64,000 bases of DNA from the human T2T-CHM13v2.0 reference genome, Homo sapiens. A model generated the notes under the pieces. That model was not told where the DNA came from, ran no database searches, and worked only from the letters and a program-made list of their open reading frames with translations. Shown piece by piece: positions 43,966 to 56,335 of the stretch. The position numbers and the translations under genes were made by a program. Numbering within the stretch: the stretch's first letter is position 1; each line of letters begins with the position of its first letter. The stretch lies in NCBI RefSeq assembly GCF_009914755.1, contig NC_060944.1. One strand, given 5' to 3'.

Positions 43966-45405
43966 CAGAGATAGGAAAAACCAAAGTGTTTTTTCTCCGC
44001 TCAAACATCACTCAACACAACACTTCTCACACCAGATGTATGGGGGTTTCTCTCCACACACCAAGTGATCAGTTCTCTAGCAGACACCAAGTGGGTGTAA
44101 TTCACTTCATTTCTGATGCTGGCTACCTGGAGGAAGAGTCAACCCCACAGATTAAAAGCTCAGTCCCACAAGACTGCCTCCCACTTCAAATGCCAGTAGC
44201 AAGCCCCAGGTTATGACCTGTACTTCTGATGTGCTGGCTATGGATCTAGGTTTCCAAAACCTCCTTCTCAGGTTTTATGAATTTGCTGGAGTGGCTCACA
44301 GAACACAGGGACATGCTTTGCTTACATTTACCCGTTTATTGCAAAGGATATTTTAATTTTAATTTTTGTTTTTTTTTACAGAGTTGATATGATTTACTAA
44401 CAAGTATTAATTGTCGATCTTGAGACTTCTGAAATATTTTCATTGGCTTTATATTTTAATATGAAAATTAATAATTTCTTTTTTTTAAATTTTATTTTAT
44501 TTTAAGTTCCAGGATACATGTACAGGGTGTGCAGGTTTGTTTCATAGGTAAATGTGGGCCATGGTGTTTAACTGCACCTATCAACCCATCACCTAGGTAT
44601 TAAGCCTTACATGCATTATCTGTTTATCCTGATGCTCTCCCCCTTCCTCTGCCCCCCTCCCACCCCTTCAGGCCCCAGTGTATGTTGTTTCCCTCCCTGT
44701 GTCTATGTGTTCTCATTGTTCAGCTCCCCACTTATAAGTGAGAACATACAGTGTTTGGTTTTCTGTTTCCTGCATTAGTTTGCTGAGGATAATGGCTTCT
44801 AGATTCATCCATGTCCCTGCAAAGGGCATGATCTCATTCCTTTTTATGGCTGCATAGTATTCCATGGTGTATATGTACCACATTTTCTTTACAAGGATAT
44901 TTTAAAGGATACAAATAAGGAGCCAGATGGAGGAGGTGCTCAGGGCAAGGCATGTGGGAAGGGGTGTGGAGTTTCCATGCCCTCCCTGAGTGTGCCACTC
45001 TCCATATACCTCCATACATTCATCAATCTGGAAGCTCATTCAAGCCCAGTCCTTTGGGGTTTGTATAGAAGTTTCATTATGTAGGTATGATTGATTACAT
45101 TATTGGCCATTGGTGATCCACTTAACCTTCAGCCTTCCTCCCCTCCCTCGATGTTGTAGGTTGGGGCTGAAGGTGCCAACCCTCTGATCATGTCTTGACT
45201 TTTCTGGTGACCAGCCCCCATTCTGAAGCTGTCTAGGGGTTTCATATCCACTGACAAGCTATCTCATTAACCAGCAACCAGCTATCTCATTAACATACAA
45301 AATACACTCTTATCACTCCAGAATTCCAAGGCTTTTAGGAGCTGTGTGCCAGGAAACTGGAAGAAAACCAAATAGGTATTTCTTAGTATACATCACAATA
45401 TCATA
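43966..45405 (-). mobile_element. MER21-family LTR interrupted by an L1 insertion
   Basis: ctcagtcccacaagactgcc...aatttgctggagtggctcacagaac...ggccattggtgatc...ttttaggagctgtgtgccaggaa...atcacaatatcata. Confidence 0.8.
44356..44892 (-). mobile_element. 5'-truncated L1PA8/10-like insertion carrying about 100 bp of 3'-transduced sequence
   Basis: L1 3' end at about 44478-44892; unique segment 44378-44477; second T-tail 44356-44377; 12-bp TSD aaggatatttta at 44344-44355 and 44893-44904. Confidence 0.85.
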
Positions 45406-45949
45406 TCCCTGCAGCCACAGCAACTTTGTAGATAATCTTTAAACATCAGAATGGAGAAAGTGGAAGATGAGCCCGGACAGAGTGCATTCCAAATCAGTGC
45501 TGTTTCGTGTCTCTCTTTTTCACCGTATAATCTGAAGTTTAGTCTCAAGATTCTGCCATCTCACCACTACCCATTTCTAAATGGAAATTTTTCAGCTGGT
45601 CACAGCCAGGAGCCACATATGAAGAGGAATAAGAGACAGAAGACTTCTAACTTTTCATTGCTTGGCAACAGTAAATGCTTACAGTTTTTTTAAAAAATAA
45701 AATTGATGTTATAACTTTATGGAAATCAGTTGTAAAAGGGAGTTAGCAGATATTTTATCTTTGTGATAAGACATTCTACTGGTCTGTGGATATGTGAATA
45801 GTAGATCGTTTTTTGGAAGACACTAAAAAAATTAAAGTTTTGTAATAAGAGATGTAAATTAAAGTCATCAGTAGAGAGAAATGGGTGCCCTAAAATATGG
45901 AATATTTGGAGTTATAATGCCTTCTAAAGGAGGATATATTATTATAACC

Positions 45950-46200
45950 ATCATTTATTCAATAAAAACTATAGGTACTTACCATGTTCCAGGTACATGG
46001 CTAATTTCTGGGGCAACAAAAATGACAAAGTTATTGTCATCCTTGCCCTTGAAGTGCTGGTTAAAGGTGACAGATAATCAAAGAAATAATTGCAGAGCGT
46101 GGCACTGAGTATGATGATAAAAGTTAAAAAAAAGAGTGCTGAGAGACCACAGAAGAGGAAGCTATCAGCTCTTAAGATGCTTGGAAAAATAACAGATGAA
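45950..46200 (-). mobile_element. L2 fragment (approximate bounds)
   Basis: catttattcaataa...tacttaccatgttccaggtac...tggggcaacaaaaatgacaaag...ccttgcccttgaag. Confidence 0.55.
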
Positions 46201-46222
46201 AGGACATGCATTGAACATTTAT

Positions 46223-46263
46223 TGAATGAATGAATGAATGAATGAATGAATGAATGAGTGAAT
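46223..46263 (+). repeat. (GAAT)n tetranucleotide, typical of an L2 tail
   Basis: Directly visible. Confidence 0.9.
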
Positions 46264-48901
46264 GGTGTCACCAAAGCTTATGTCATCACAGTGTTAAACA
46301 CTATATCCTGAAACAATGACCTGGAATTTTGCAAACAAAAGAGAAGATTCAATGTAGTAGTCAACTCCATTGCAGAACACTGGGGCCTCAAGGTGAGAGA
46401 GGAAGCTTTATGACTCCTACAGTCCCCTAAAAATTGAGTAACATATTTTAATCTGTTACCCAATAACATACTTTAAATAATGTAAGCTGCATGCTGTTAT
46501 TTCCTAGAAAGATGTGGTTTCCTGGAGATAAGTTGTGTCTAGGTGAAGCTTCTGCATGATAGCTTATTTCAACTATGTAACAAAGTATATATTTTAAAGA
46601 CAGCCAGTAGTGAATCTTTCGGAAAGAAAAAAGTTATCTTAAAAGTAGATGCATTTTGATTTAGGATTTTGCATGTCTGCTTTCATAAATAGGTTTTCAT
46701 ATCTGGTTTCCTGCATTACCAAATGACATTGAAGTTTTTATAGATTTAATATTTATCATAACATACAACTACATCTATTCCCTGGAATTATGTGTGGGTG
46801 TGTGTGTGTGTGCACGCACATGTGCATATTTATCTGCCAACATCTGAATTCCCTCTATAGCATTGCAAATGTAAAATTAGTATGTCATTCTTAGAGGTGC
46901 TGTTTAGTATTACAATCTGTAGCTAAATACTAGGCTAATTATTCTGTGAATAAGTCTCTTTCTCTGGTATAATGTAGCACTCAAGCACAAGCGATCAATA
47001 AATGTTATTATGTTATATATTTTAATGTTATTCTACAAGTTAGTAAATAAAATATCTAACATAGTAACATTTTTTGTTTTTTATTTTTATTTTTAAAATA
47101 TCTAACATAATAACATTGCCAACTCTTTTCACACATGAGTTCATGTAACCCTTATGATTTGCCATCTACAACCATATTTTAAAGTGCCAAATATAAAGTT
47201 GGTCATTGTTTCTAAAAAGTCAGTGTTCTCACGTTCTATTTGACTCTTCGTGTCTAATAGTGATATTTAAAGTAGGTCATTTAGCTGCTGATTTTACTCC
47301 TGAATAACTCCGGTCCCCTTAACACTATCAGATGTTCCTTTCCATCACGTGTTTTTCTGCTTCCAGTTGAAGAACCCACATTAAAAGGAGTTGAGTGGAA
47401 AATGGAATGAGCAATACGCCCTCAGTTTACTATTCCTTCCAGATATTTTTAAATGAAGGTACGGAAAGATAAGATGGTAGGTTTGTTGCGGGGCAGAGGG
47501 AGGATGGAAGGAGAGTTTATCAAAAGCGAAAAAATAAACAGATGAGGGATATAAGAATCATTCCCACAGCCTCCATCTCCCTTTATGTTCTCTGATTTCC
47601 AAACATCTGTATTTCTATTTTTAACTTTATAATAGCAAAAATGTTGTTTAAGAAGTAAATAATTCCTAACATTTTAAGGATAAATTAGTGTAGTATACCC
47701 AGTATAAGGCAAGGGCCCAGATCCATGAAGGTATCAGCATTAAAGAAGACAAATTACAGAAGACCTTCAAAAGCCTTTAGAAGCTTATGTACTCCTTAAC
47801 AGTTTACAAATTGCCTTATCTCCATTTTTCATCTGTATAAATTGATCACATTTCCTCAATTTCTAACATAGAGCAGAACCACTTTCATATTTTTTATTTA
47901 TATGTGTGTGTTATACTCATACATATAAACTGTATTTTTAAGGACACATTTAAGTGTTCCCTTTTTTCACCTGACACTAATGTTAAGAATGGAAAATTAT
48001 GATACAATTCAGCAAGGAGAGGAATTGCGGTGCATGTTATTATTGACTACATTCAGGTATAGTTGGACAAATTGGGTAATGGAACCAAATTGGATTATAT
48101 GAGATTCTGGCCTTAAAACTATCATTCTATTATGTCTTCTGATGAAACACAATTGAATTTGAGTTGTGTAAACTGAAAAAAAAATAAATAATTGCAAAAT
48201 GTAAAGTGAAAGATACAAGAGTAGCTACATAGAATCGAAATAAAACTACTCACGTAAATAAAATATTTCTTACACACTTAAAGCACATATATTAACATTA
48301 TATAAGAACACATCTAAATGAATGCTTATCACTGAGCAATATGATTTTCAAAATGTTATTCGAAGACAACTTGGCTGTTCATAAATCTTTTAATTTTAAG
48401 CTGCCGATTTACAGTTTTTCCTTTCATCCTCTTGTTTTGAAGGCTTGATGTGGGAGTGCTAATTAATGTTAGAATTCTTATCCAATGTACTTGTTGCTAA
48501 GCAGATAGAACTATCAGAGCATTTTATTTTGAAACTGCACTCTTTTTTGACTGATATAGCATTTGAAATCGTGCTTGAAGAAACATTTCATGGCAGGGAG
48601 CCAGTTTTCTCATTAAGAACATATTGCCCATGACCAATTCACTGGTTTATTTATTTCCACAATGCCTGTTGCCCCTGTGGCTCATACATGCGTCGTGTTG
48701 AAAACCACATGTAAAAGACATGAACACTAAGTTGTCTTATCAGTATGAGAATACACAATTTATAAAATCATAAAACATGGAAGTTAATGAAAAGTTTATT
48801 TAGAACTGTATATTTTGCCTTCCAGGCAGAAGTTCTTACTGACTCCTTGGGCTGTCTTAGCTGATTGCACGTTGACTTCTGTATTCTTCATATACGTTTT
48901 T

Positions 48902-49322
48902 TGTCTCAATTTGAGTTTCTTCAGAAGCAGTTCCTGTGTCAGAGGTCCTGTTTGTTTGGTTTATTTTATAAGTTCATAAAATACTGATAGGGATCTGAGA
49001 AATGAGAAAGGGGACAGCAACTGAGAGAAGCCTTGGAAATGGTTTAAAACCATGTCTCAGAGTTAAGGGACAACGGAGGTAGGATATTTATGCACCAACT
49101 CTTCAGTCACTGGCTGAGTGTCACAAGGTTTGAAGAAGATGTGATGTCCCTGACACTTACCAGCCTGCCATGCAAAAGGACAGAGTAGTCTTTGAAGTTT
49201 CAGAGAAAGCACTGAGCCAATGAGAGGCGATGACCTGTACTAGCAGTTGGATGCCAGTTGGGGCACACTGAAGCAGTAACAGCTAAGTGCTCTAGGTGGG
49301 CCACCAAAAACATCTGCCATAT
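48902..49322 (-). mobile_element. LTR33-like ERVL LTR
   Basis: ttcttcagaagcag...catgtctcagagtt...atatttatgcaccaactc...cagagaaagc...aacatctgccata; resembles the element at 14890-15365. Confidence 0.55.
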
Positions 49323-50288
49323 CTTCTGTGGGCTTACATCCACCCAAAGTGTTATTTTTATTCTATCCTGATCTATGGAAGATGGAAGGATCATTTCGTA
49401 GTTGTGTATTCATTTTTTTCATTAGTTTGTACACATTTATGGATATCCCCTGCTGGGGCCACTGTTCTAGGCATGGAGGCAGACACCAGGGAAGAATATG
49501 ACACACCACCATCATTGAGGTCCGCACAGTCAGGGTAATGGGCAGAGGCAGTGAAGAGCCACGGAAAATCCTTGAGGTGCAAATGAAGTTGAATCATTTA
49601 CTCCATCTATGGGAATCATTTACTTCGTCTACTATGAGTAGTACAAAATCCTACTACCTTCTGGAGTGGCTTTGGCTCTTTGTCTGGCATTGAGTTTCTT
49701 TCTCTGTCTTAGCCCGCTGGTCTCTGAGTACCCCCCTGAAGATGCATTCATATAGAAAAGGGAGGAGTCAGTAATATCTTGTTTTTCTATTCGGGGTATT
49801 TTAGTAACTGCATCCTGTGGCTGAAACATTCAGATGATTTCAAGATTTTGACACATGAAGATTCCAGGTTCACCTATGAAAGAAAATAGGGAGTCTGCCT
49901 GCCAAAATTCTAGTTTTATCTAAAGGATGCCAACTAGCATATAGCATGCATGCAGAAGATGGCCAGTATTACATTTTTTGAAGGAGTCCATTACAAAAAC
50001 TATAATATTTAGGGATATGTACTTATTAATCTAGAATGAGAGCTACAGCTATGGTAATATGAATGGAAGCATAATAATTTTTCCAAATAGTATTACTGTT
50101 TAGAGATTGTTTTTGTTTCTCTTCCTTAGGTTTTTTTTTTTTTTTTTTTTTTTTTTTGAGAGAGGAGATAGAGGTGGCTGCTGTGATGGCAATGATAGCT
50201 ATGGTTACTGTCTTATTGAATGCCTATTATTATATTAACAAAACCGAAGTTCAGAGAGGTTAATTAACTTGTCTAAAATCACAAGCTT

Positions 50289-50621
<333 letters not shown>

Positions 50622-50729
50622 CTAGTCAGTCAGTATTTTGACCTGAGTATCTTGAATTCTCAGGTGTGGCTGCAAGACGTATTGATAAGAAAAAAAAAAA
50701 AAAAAGGTACAACATAAGAGAATTCAAGT

Positions 50730-51480
50730 TTCATTCACTTTTCCAGCAAATATTCTGTAGAAAATCCACTATGGCCCAGCCACTTAGCTAGGCAATGTGA
50801 GTACCACCTTCTAAGACAGAGAAACAAAACCTTCCCCTCATACAGCTTACCATCCGGTAGGGAGGTTAGCTAAGCTATTAAACAGATCAGTACATACCGG
50901 GGGATGAGTGTTGTGATGGGAAATTCAGTTGATAAGAGAGCCCGAAGCCAGAAGACCTCATTGATTTTAGGGATCAGAAAAGGCTTTCTGCAGGAAGTAA
51001 ATTTTAAGCTGAAAGTTAAAAGAGGATGACTAAGCTAAAGTGGGAGTCAGGGGAGCGGAAAGGAGAGAAGTGTTCTAGGCACTGGGAAGGCCCAGAGGCC
51101 TTATTCTAGCATTGAAAGGACAATGTGGCTGGGACATTGAGTTCAGGAGGGAGAGTGGAGACAGAAGAAGCCGAGGAGATGGAAGCCCTGTGAAAGATGC
51201 AGCAGATATCATGATGTTGTTCCCAACCTAAAAGCCCTGGGAAGCCCATGAAGGAGATTCCTCTGGCTCTGGTGTGTGGGCAGATTGAAGAGGAATATAC
51301 CAAATGAAAGGAAGCATCCTAAGTAATTCTGATGATCATCCCGGAGTGCTGCTGGTGAAGGTGGACAGAGTAGATTTCTTTGAGAGATACTGAGGACTTA
51401 GGAAGAGAAGACTTGGGAGAGTTTGCACTGAAGAAGGGAGAAAGCAATAGCATTGTCTGTGCTTTTGATTTGAAGGAAAG
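50730..51480 (-). mobile_element. L2 LINE (approximate bounds)
   Basis: tcattcac...cagcaaatatt...gggatcagaaaaggctttctgcaggaagt...tttaagctgaaa...gggaagccc. Confidence 0.7.
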
Positions 51481-52699
51481 GGTAAATGTTAGTGAAATAG
51501 CTTCTGAAGGCCTTTAAGAAGACTGCCTACATAGAAAGCCTACTTCTATCTGCCGGCCAAAGATCTGGAGGAACCTCATCCTTTCATTCTAAAAGGAGTC
51601 GTGGATGTAGATTTAACCGTTCTGGTATCTGAAGGTGGTGGGATTAGGAATAATTTTTCTTCCTTTTTTTTTTTTTTTTTTGTTTTCTCTGCTTTAGTTT
51701 TATAATTAAAAAGGAATTTTCTTATAAAAATACAGCTACTGTGATATCTTCTGCTGAACATGTGGCTCAACTTACTCACAAGGTCAGGAAAGTTGGGCCC
51801 AAGGCATAACTGCTTAAACTCAAGAAAAGAGAAAAGACAATTTCATCACCAGTGTAATTAAGTGAGCTTCCCTACAATATCTTAACTTAGCTTCTCATCT
51901 AAGTAATATGAATCCAGGTATAGTGGGTTTTGGTGTTTATTTTAATCTTGTATTGTCATTAGCCAGTTAGTTACATTAGTTACCCTTGGGTGTATTGTGG
52001 AAATAGATTTCCGTTACATTCTTTTTTTCCCCCCTTTTTAAGGATTTAGAGTATTATGCCTGAGTGAATTGATTCATAGGGATTTTACTTACTCATTCGT
52101 TGTGCGCTGCTGTGTTTTTGTTCTCCATCTGGTTAAGCTGCCGTGACTCTCTGTATAGCATTTGCACAGTGTTCACATGATGCTTGGGTACTTAGGTGTC
52201 AGTTTTTCATTATGCCCGGATGATGTGCGTTGCGTGGAAAGCCTCCGGAACCGTAAACTCTCATTTCCCAATCATGAATAGTTAGGAAACCAGAGTTCGG
52301 CATTTTCATTAACATAGGGTCTTACATGCCAGTTCAGCTTACTACCTGCTAAGCCTCCTAGTCTGTTGGAAAATGTGCATTGGCAGTTTTCCAGTCTTGC
52401 TAAGACTCATAAATAGATGCCTTTCATATGAAATGTATTTGCTTTGGCATATTGACACTGGAATACATTATTCTTTTAGCAGTTGAACAAATTAAAATAA
52501 AAATGATGACTTCTTTTTTTCAGTATACTAAAATGAGCATAATTGGGTTAATATCTTAATCTGGCAGTCAGGAATTAGCTTGTATACCCACAACCACATA
52601 ATTTCACTAAGGGAAGTTTACATGTTTCCTTTTCCTTGTTCTGTTGATGACCTTCCTACGTGTCAATAACTAGCAGAGAGTTTGGTCAGATAAAGGGGT

Positions 52700-52858
52700 T
52701 GGAATAACCTGGAGAGCTTACCAAAAAAAATCCTTATCTCTGAGTACCATCTCTGTAAAATCCTGGTTTAATTGGTCTTGGGTTCAGCCTGAGCACCTGG
52801 ATTTTTTTCAAAGTTCCCAGATGATTTCAATGTGCAGTCAAGGCTGAGAACACTCGCT
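52700..52858. mobile_element. MER5-like hAT-Charlie MITE
   Basis: gaataacctggagagctt...tttaattggtcttggg...ttcccagatgatttcaatgtgcagtcaaggctgagaaca. Confidence 0.75.
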
Positions 52859-53746
52859 CTCATCATGTGTACCAGAGACAATACTTTCGTAAGCAAACAG
52901 CCTCACCTAATTGTTTCTTTCTCTTTTGTTTTCCCTAAGTCTAGTCCACATCTTTGGGCATGGTCCTTGAGTAGGAGAATAAGAGAGCTATTGAATGGTC
53001 CAAGAAGATTCAGATGGCTTCATTTTACACTCCAGTTGATCATATAGAAGTTTAGGGAGAACACTCAAGACCACTGGGAGCTACTATGTAGGTGAATAGA
53101 TTTGTCCAAGACCCACTCTGGCACTTCCAAGCTGGCCCTGGTGTACTCATGAGTAAAGCCTGCCAGTGTATACTTACATTTCCAAAGACTTCCGTTTAGT
53201 AAGGGCTGCCTGATCTTATAGGTGCCTCAGACTGGTCCTTCTACAAGTATAGTTGTTTTATTTCATACTTCTAAATGGATGTTTGATATTGTTTAGGATT
53301 CAAATGTTTATTCAGAAATCCATAAAGTAGGTATTTGACATCTCATAGTTTTGAACAAAATGGTAAGAACAAGATATATCAAAATATATCTTGAAGGCAT
53401 GAGTACCATAGACCTTTTAGAAGTGCATTTTCTAGCATCTTGTACAAAACAAGACCCTTATTTCTGTAAAACTTGATGGACCTTAGCTGGGAATGTGATA
53501 TCACTTATCCTTCAATGATTTTTTAAAAGAATTATACCTGCATTTAAAGCCTTGGCAAAATATGGTAACATTCTAGCTACTGAAAACCCATAAGATATTG
53601 TTCCACATAAGATGGATAACTTTCCACTGAAGATGGATAAGTTTTAGGGTATCTGAACCTTTTAAACCTTGTGGGTATCATTTGTATAATATTCTACTTA
53701 ATAGTAAACTCTGCCATTCACAGTGTCCCCTTTCTCATTTTTCTAG

Positions 53747-53840
53747 CTACAGTTTTCGGCAAGCCATTTGGTGTGCTTGCAATGCTATCATGAGCTATGG
53801 CTTGGCGTTACAAGGTCTGGAGAGTGAAAGTGTTTTCTGA
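53747..53840 (+). CDS. Candidate terminal coding exon: (S)YSFRQAIWCACNAIMSYGLALQGLESESVF*
   Basis: Strong acceptor tcccctttctcatttttctag|C; phase compatible with 27587-27688; TGA at 53838-53840; AATAAA 205 nt downstream. Confidence 0.65.
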
Positions 53841-54045
53841 GTTTCTATTTTCAATAGTTATTAGGAAAACAATTGAACTTTGGCTATTTCCTGGTAGGTT
53901 TAACTTTCATTTAAGTGAGGCATCTGAATATTTTTGTTGAAAATATAATCTTTCACCATGAAACTATCTGAGTTTGAGATTTCAGTTATAAAACACGCTC
54001 TTTTCAGTCATTGAAAAAATAACCTCCTGCAATTTTCCTCTGAAA

Positions 54046-54051
54046 AATAAA
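54046..54051 (+). terminator. Candidate polyadenylation signal (AATAAA) of the host gene
   Basis: First canonical AATAAA after the stop codon, followed by U/GU-rich sequence. Confidence 0.45.
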
Positions 54052-54634
54052 AATGTGCTTTGATAGAGTTTTCGATAATTATTATCATACATCTGTGCAT
54101 GTACCCACACCATTGTGTTCATCTCCCATCCATGTCATTAGTGAAGATATGGATTAATTCCACATTGGATTTCATTGTATAGAATCTGGGTATTTATATC
54201 TAAAAAAAAGTGCTGTCATTTGATTACATTTAGGCAAATTTTCTCAGTTTATAATCTAGAATGTGTGTTTCGGTCTTCTTCTTTAACTGGATGTTCTCAA
54301 AGTATACTTAAATGGCATGGCCAAACCATTGAAGAAATACAACAGTGATGACTAGTTTCTCTGTGTCTTTCCCTGTTCAGCAGTTATAGAGGCATGATTC
54401 TATGATTATTTTTGTGTAATCTTTGAATATGCAAAACAAATTATAACAAAAAGCTGTGGACTCTTATGGGATTCTAGGTCGTGTATATTTAATTTTCAGC
54501 AGCAAACTTCTCCCTATTTGTAACTTGTTGATCTTCTTCAGAAATATTTTCTTTTCCATTTAAAAATTTTAAACTGAGACTACAATCAAACCTTTTTCTT
54601 TTCTTCATGTATAGCAATGCTTAAGTTATTTGTA

Positions 54635-55165
54635 TTTCTTATAATTAATTTTATCTGCAAATAACAGAAATCCTGAAATAATAGTGGCTTAAACAAAGTA
54701 GAAGTTAATTTTTTATCCTCATGTTAAAACAAAAAGTGCAGACATAAGGAGTCTGGAGCTGGCAGAGTGGCTCAGCTGTCATCAGGGACCTGGGTTTCTG
54801 TATCCTTAGCACACTCAAGGTTGCCTCATGGTTCAAGACTGCTGCTAGATTACCAGCCATCGCATTAAGAAGGAAGCTAGAAAAGCGAAGTGGGAAACCA
54901 AGAGAGTTGTCCTCTTCTTTACAAAGAGTCTTTCTGTGGATCCCATACATCACTTCTGCTTAGGTCTTGTTGGTCAGAGCTAATTCACATGACCATACCT
55001 TGCTGACGGGAAGGCTTGGGATGCTAGAACTGTAGTTGGGTGTAATACCATCCCAAATCCCAAATATATTTGGTGGCTTTTTTTGTTTGTTTGTTTGTTT
55101 GTTTGTTGTTTTTTCGCTAAGAAGAGGAAATAGACTTTGGGATAGGAAATAGCAGTCTTTGCTAC
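54635..55165 (-). mobile_element. MLT1J-like MaLR LTR
   Basis: ctgcaaataacagaaa...agtggcttaaacaa...tcatcagggacctggg...gttgcctcatggttcaaga...cacatgaccatacct. Confidence 0.75.
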
Positions 55166-55639
55166 CTCACTGTTTTCAGATTATGATATTGTAAGATATG
55201 CTCAAAATACTCCAAGTACAAATACTTACATTGCTTGTTGACAGAGTAAAATAAATTATATAAGTAAAGCTAGTTAGGAACTTGCCATATTGGCAGTTCA
55301 TTTTGAGGATATTTCTAAAAATCATGGACTGCAGGAGGAGAAATACCAAAGCCAAACACATAAAAATTTCCCACAACTATATGAAAATTCCAAAATTTAT
55401 CTATATGGTAATCATATGTCTGGTGACTTTATTTATTCAGAATATCTCTAAGAAAGAGAGAGGGTTGTATATTTGACCAATTGTTTTTGTCAATTCAGAG
55501 CTGTTGAACAATTATAAAATTCCAAAGTTCTCAGAAAATACTTGGCTAGTCATGGTATTGCATACTGTAGCTTCTTTAAACACTCTGCAGAATTCTTGGG
55601 AGTTGGTCATCAGTAGCAGACGGTAAGAAAGGTTATGAA

Positions 55640-56131
55640 GTCTCCTGGTTGTCTGTTGCTAAAAAATCATCCCAAAATATAGTGGCCTGAAACAGCAACA
55701 ATTATTGATTTGCTCATAATTCTACAGTTTGGACAAGATTCAGTGGGGATGGCTTATCTCTGCCCCATGTGCCATCAGATGGGATAGCTCACCTGGAGGG
55801 GCTGAAGGATCCACTTCCATGGTGGTTTAATATACACAGCTATGAAGTCAGTGCTGGCTGTCTACTGGGAGGTCTCAATTCTCCTCACGTGACCTCTCCA
55901 CATGACTAGGCTGAGCTTTTCACAGAATGGCAGCTGATTTCAAAGAGGGATCATCTTGGAGAATAAGCATTCCAAGAGTACAAGTCCCAGTGTGCAAGTA
56001 CTTATCCAGTTTTTTGTTAATGTCTCATTAGCCAAATCTAGTCCCATGGCAATTGGGAGGGGCTACCCATGGATATATAAATACCAGGAGGTGTGGTTCT
56101 TTGGAGGCCATGAAAGAAACTTTCTGCCACA
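55640..56131 (-). mobile_element. MLT1H-like MaLR LTR
   Basis: cccaaaatatagtggcctgaaacagcaac...ggatccacttcca...ggaggtgtggttctttggaggcca...ctgccaca. Confidence 0.75.
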
Positions 56132-56154
56132 TTTAAGTTCTCAGGCAGAAAAAA

Positions 56155-56335
56155 TAGTGTTTATTGAGGTACTACCATGTGCCGGTCACTGTCCTTAAAC
56201 ACAGAGCTGCCCTGCATAAAAGGTCTTATTCGTCCCATTTTCCATTTAAGATAAATGAGGTTCAAAATGTTTTAAATGACCTGCAGGAGGTTACAAAGGT
56301 CCTGTGGTGAGGCTCCATGTTTCAATCTACCTCTG
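56155..56335 (-). mobile_element. MIR SINE
   Basis: tttattgaggtactaccatgtgccggtcactg...tcccattttcca...tgaggttca. Confidence 0.6.

Noticed and set aside
50131-50157. Orphan T27 run
   Set aside because: No clear TSD or element body; treated as a simple homopolymer
53815-53820. Possible donor AAG|gtctgg that would make the second exon internal (68 nt)
   Set aside because: Weak donor; read-through gives a clean stop and a nearby AATAAA, and I found no compatible downstream exon
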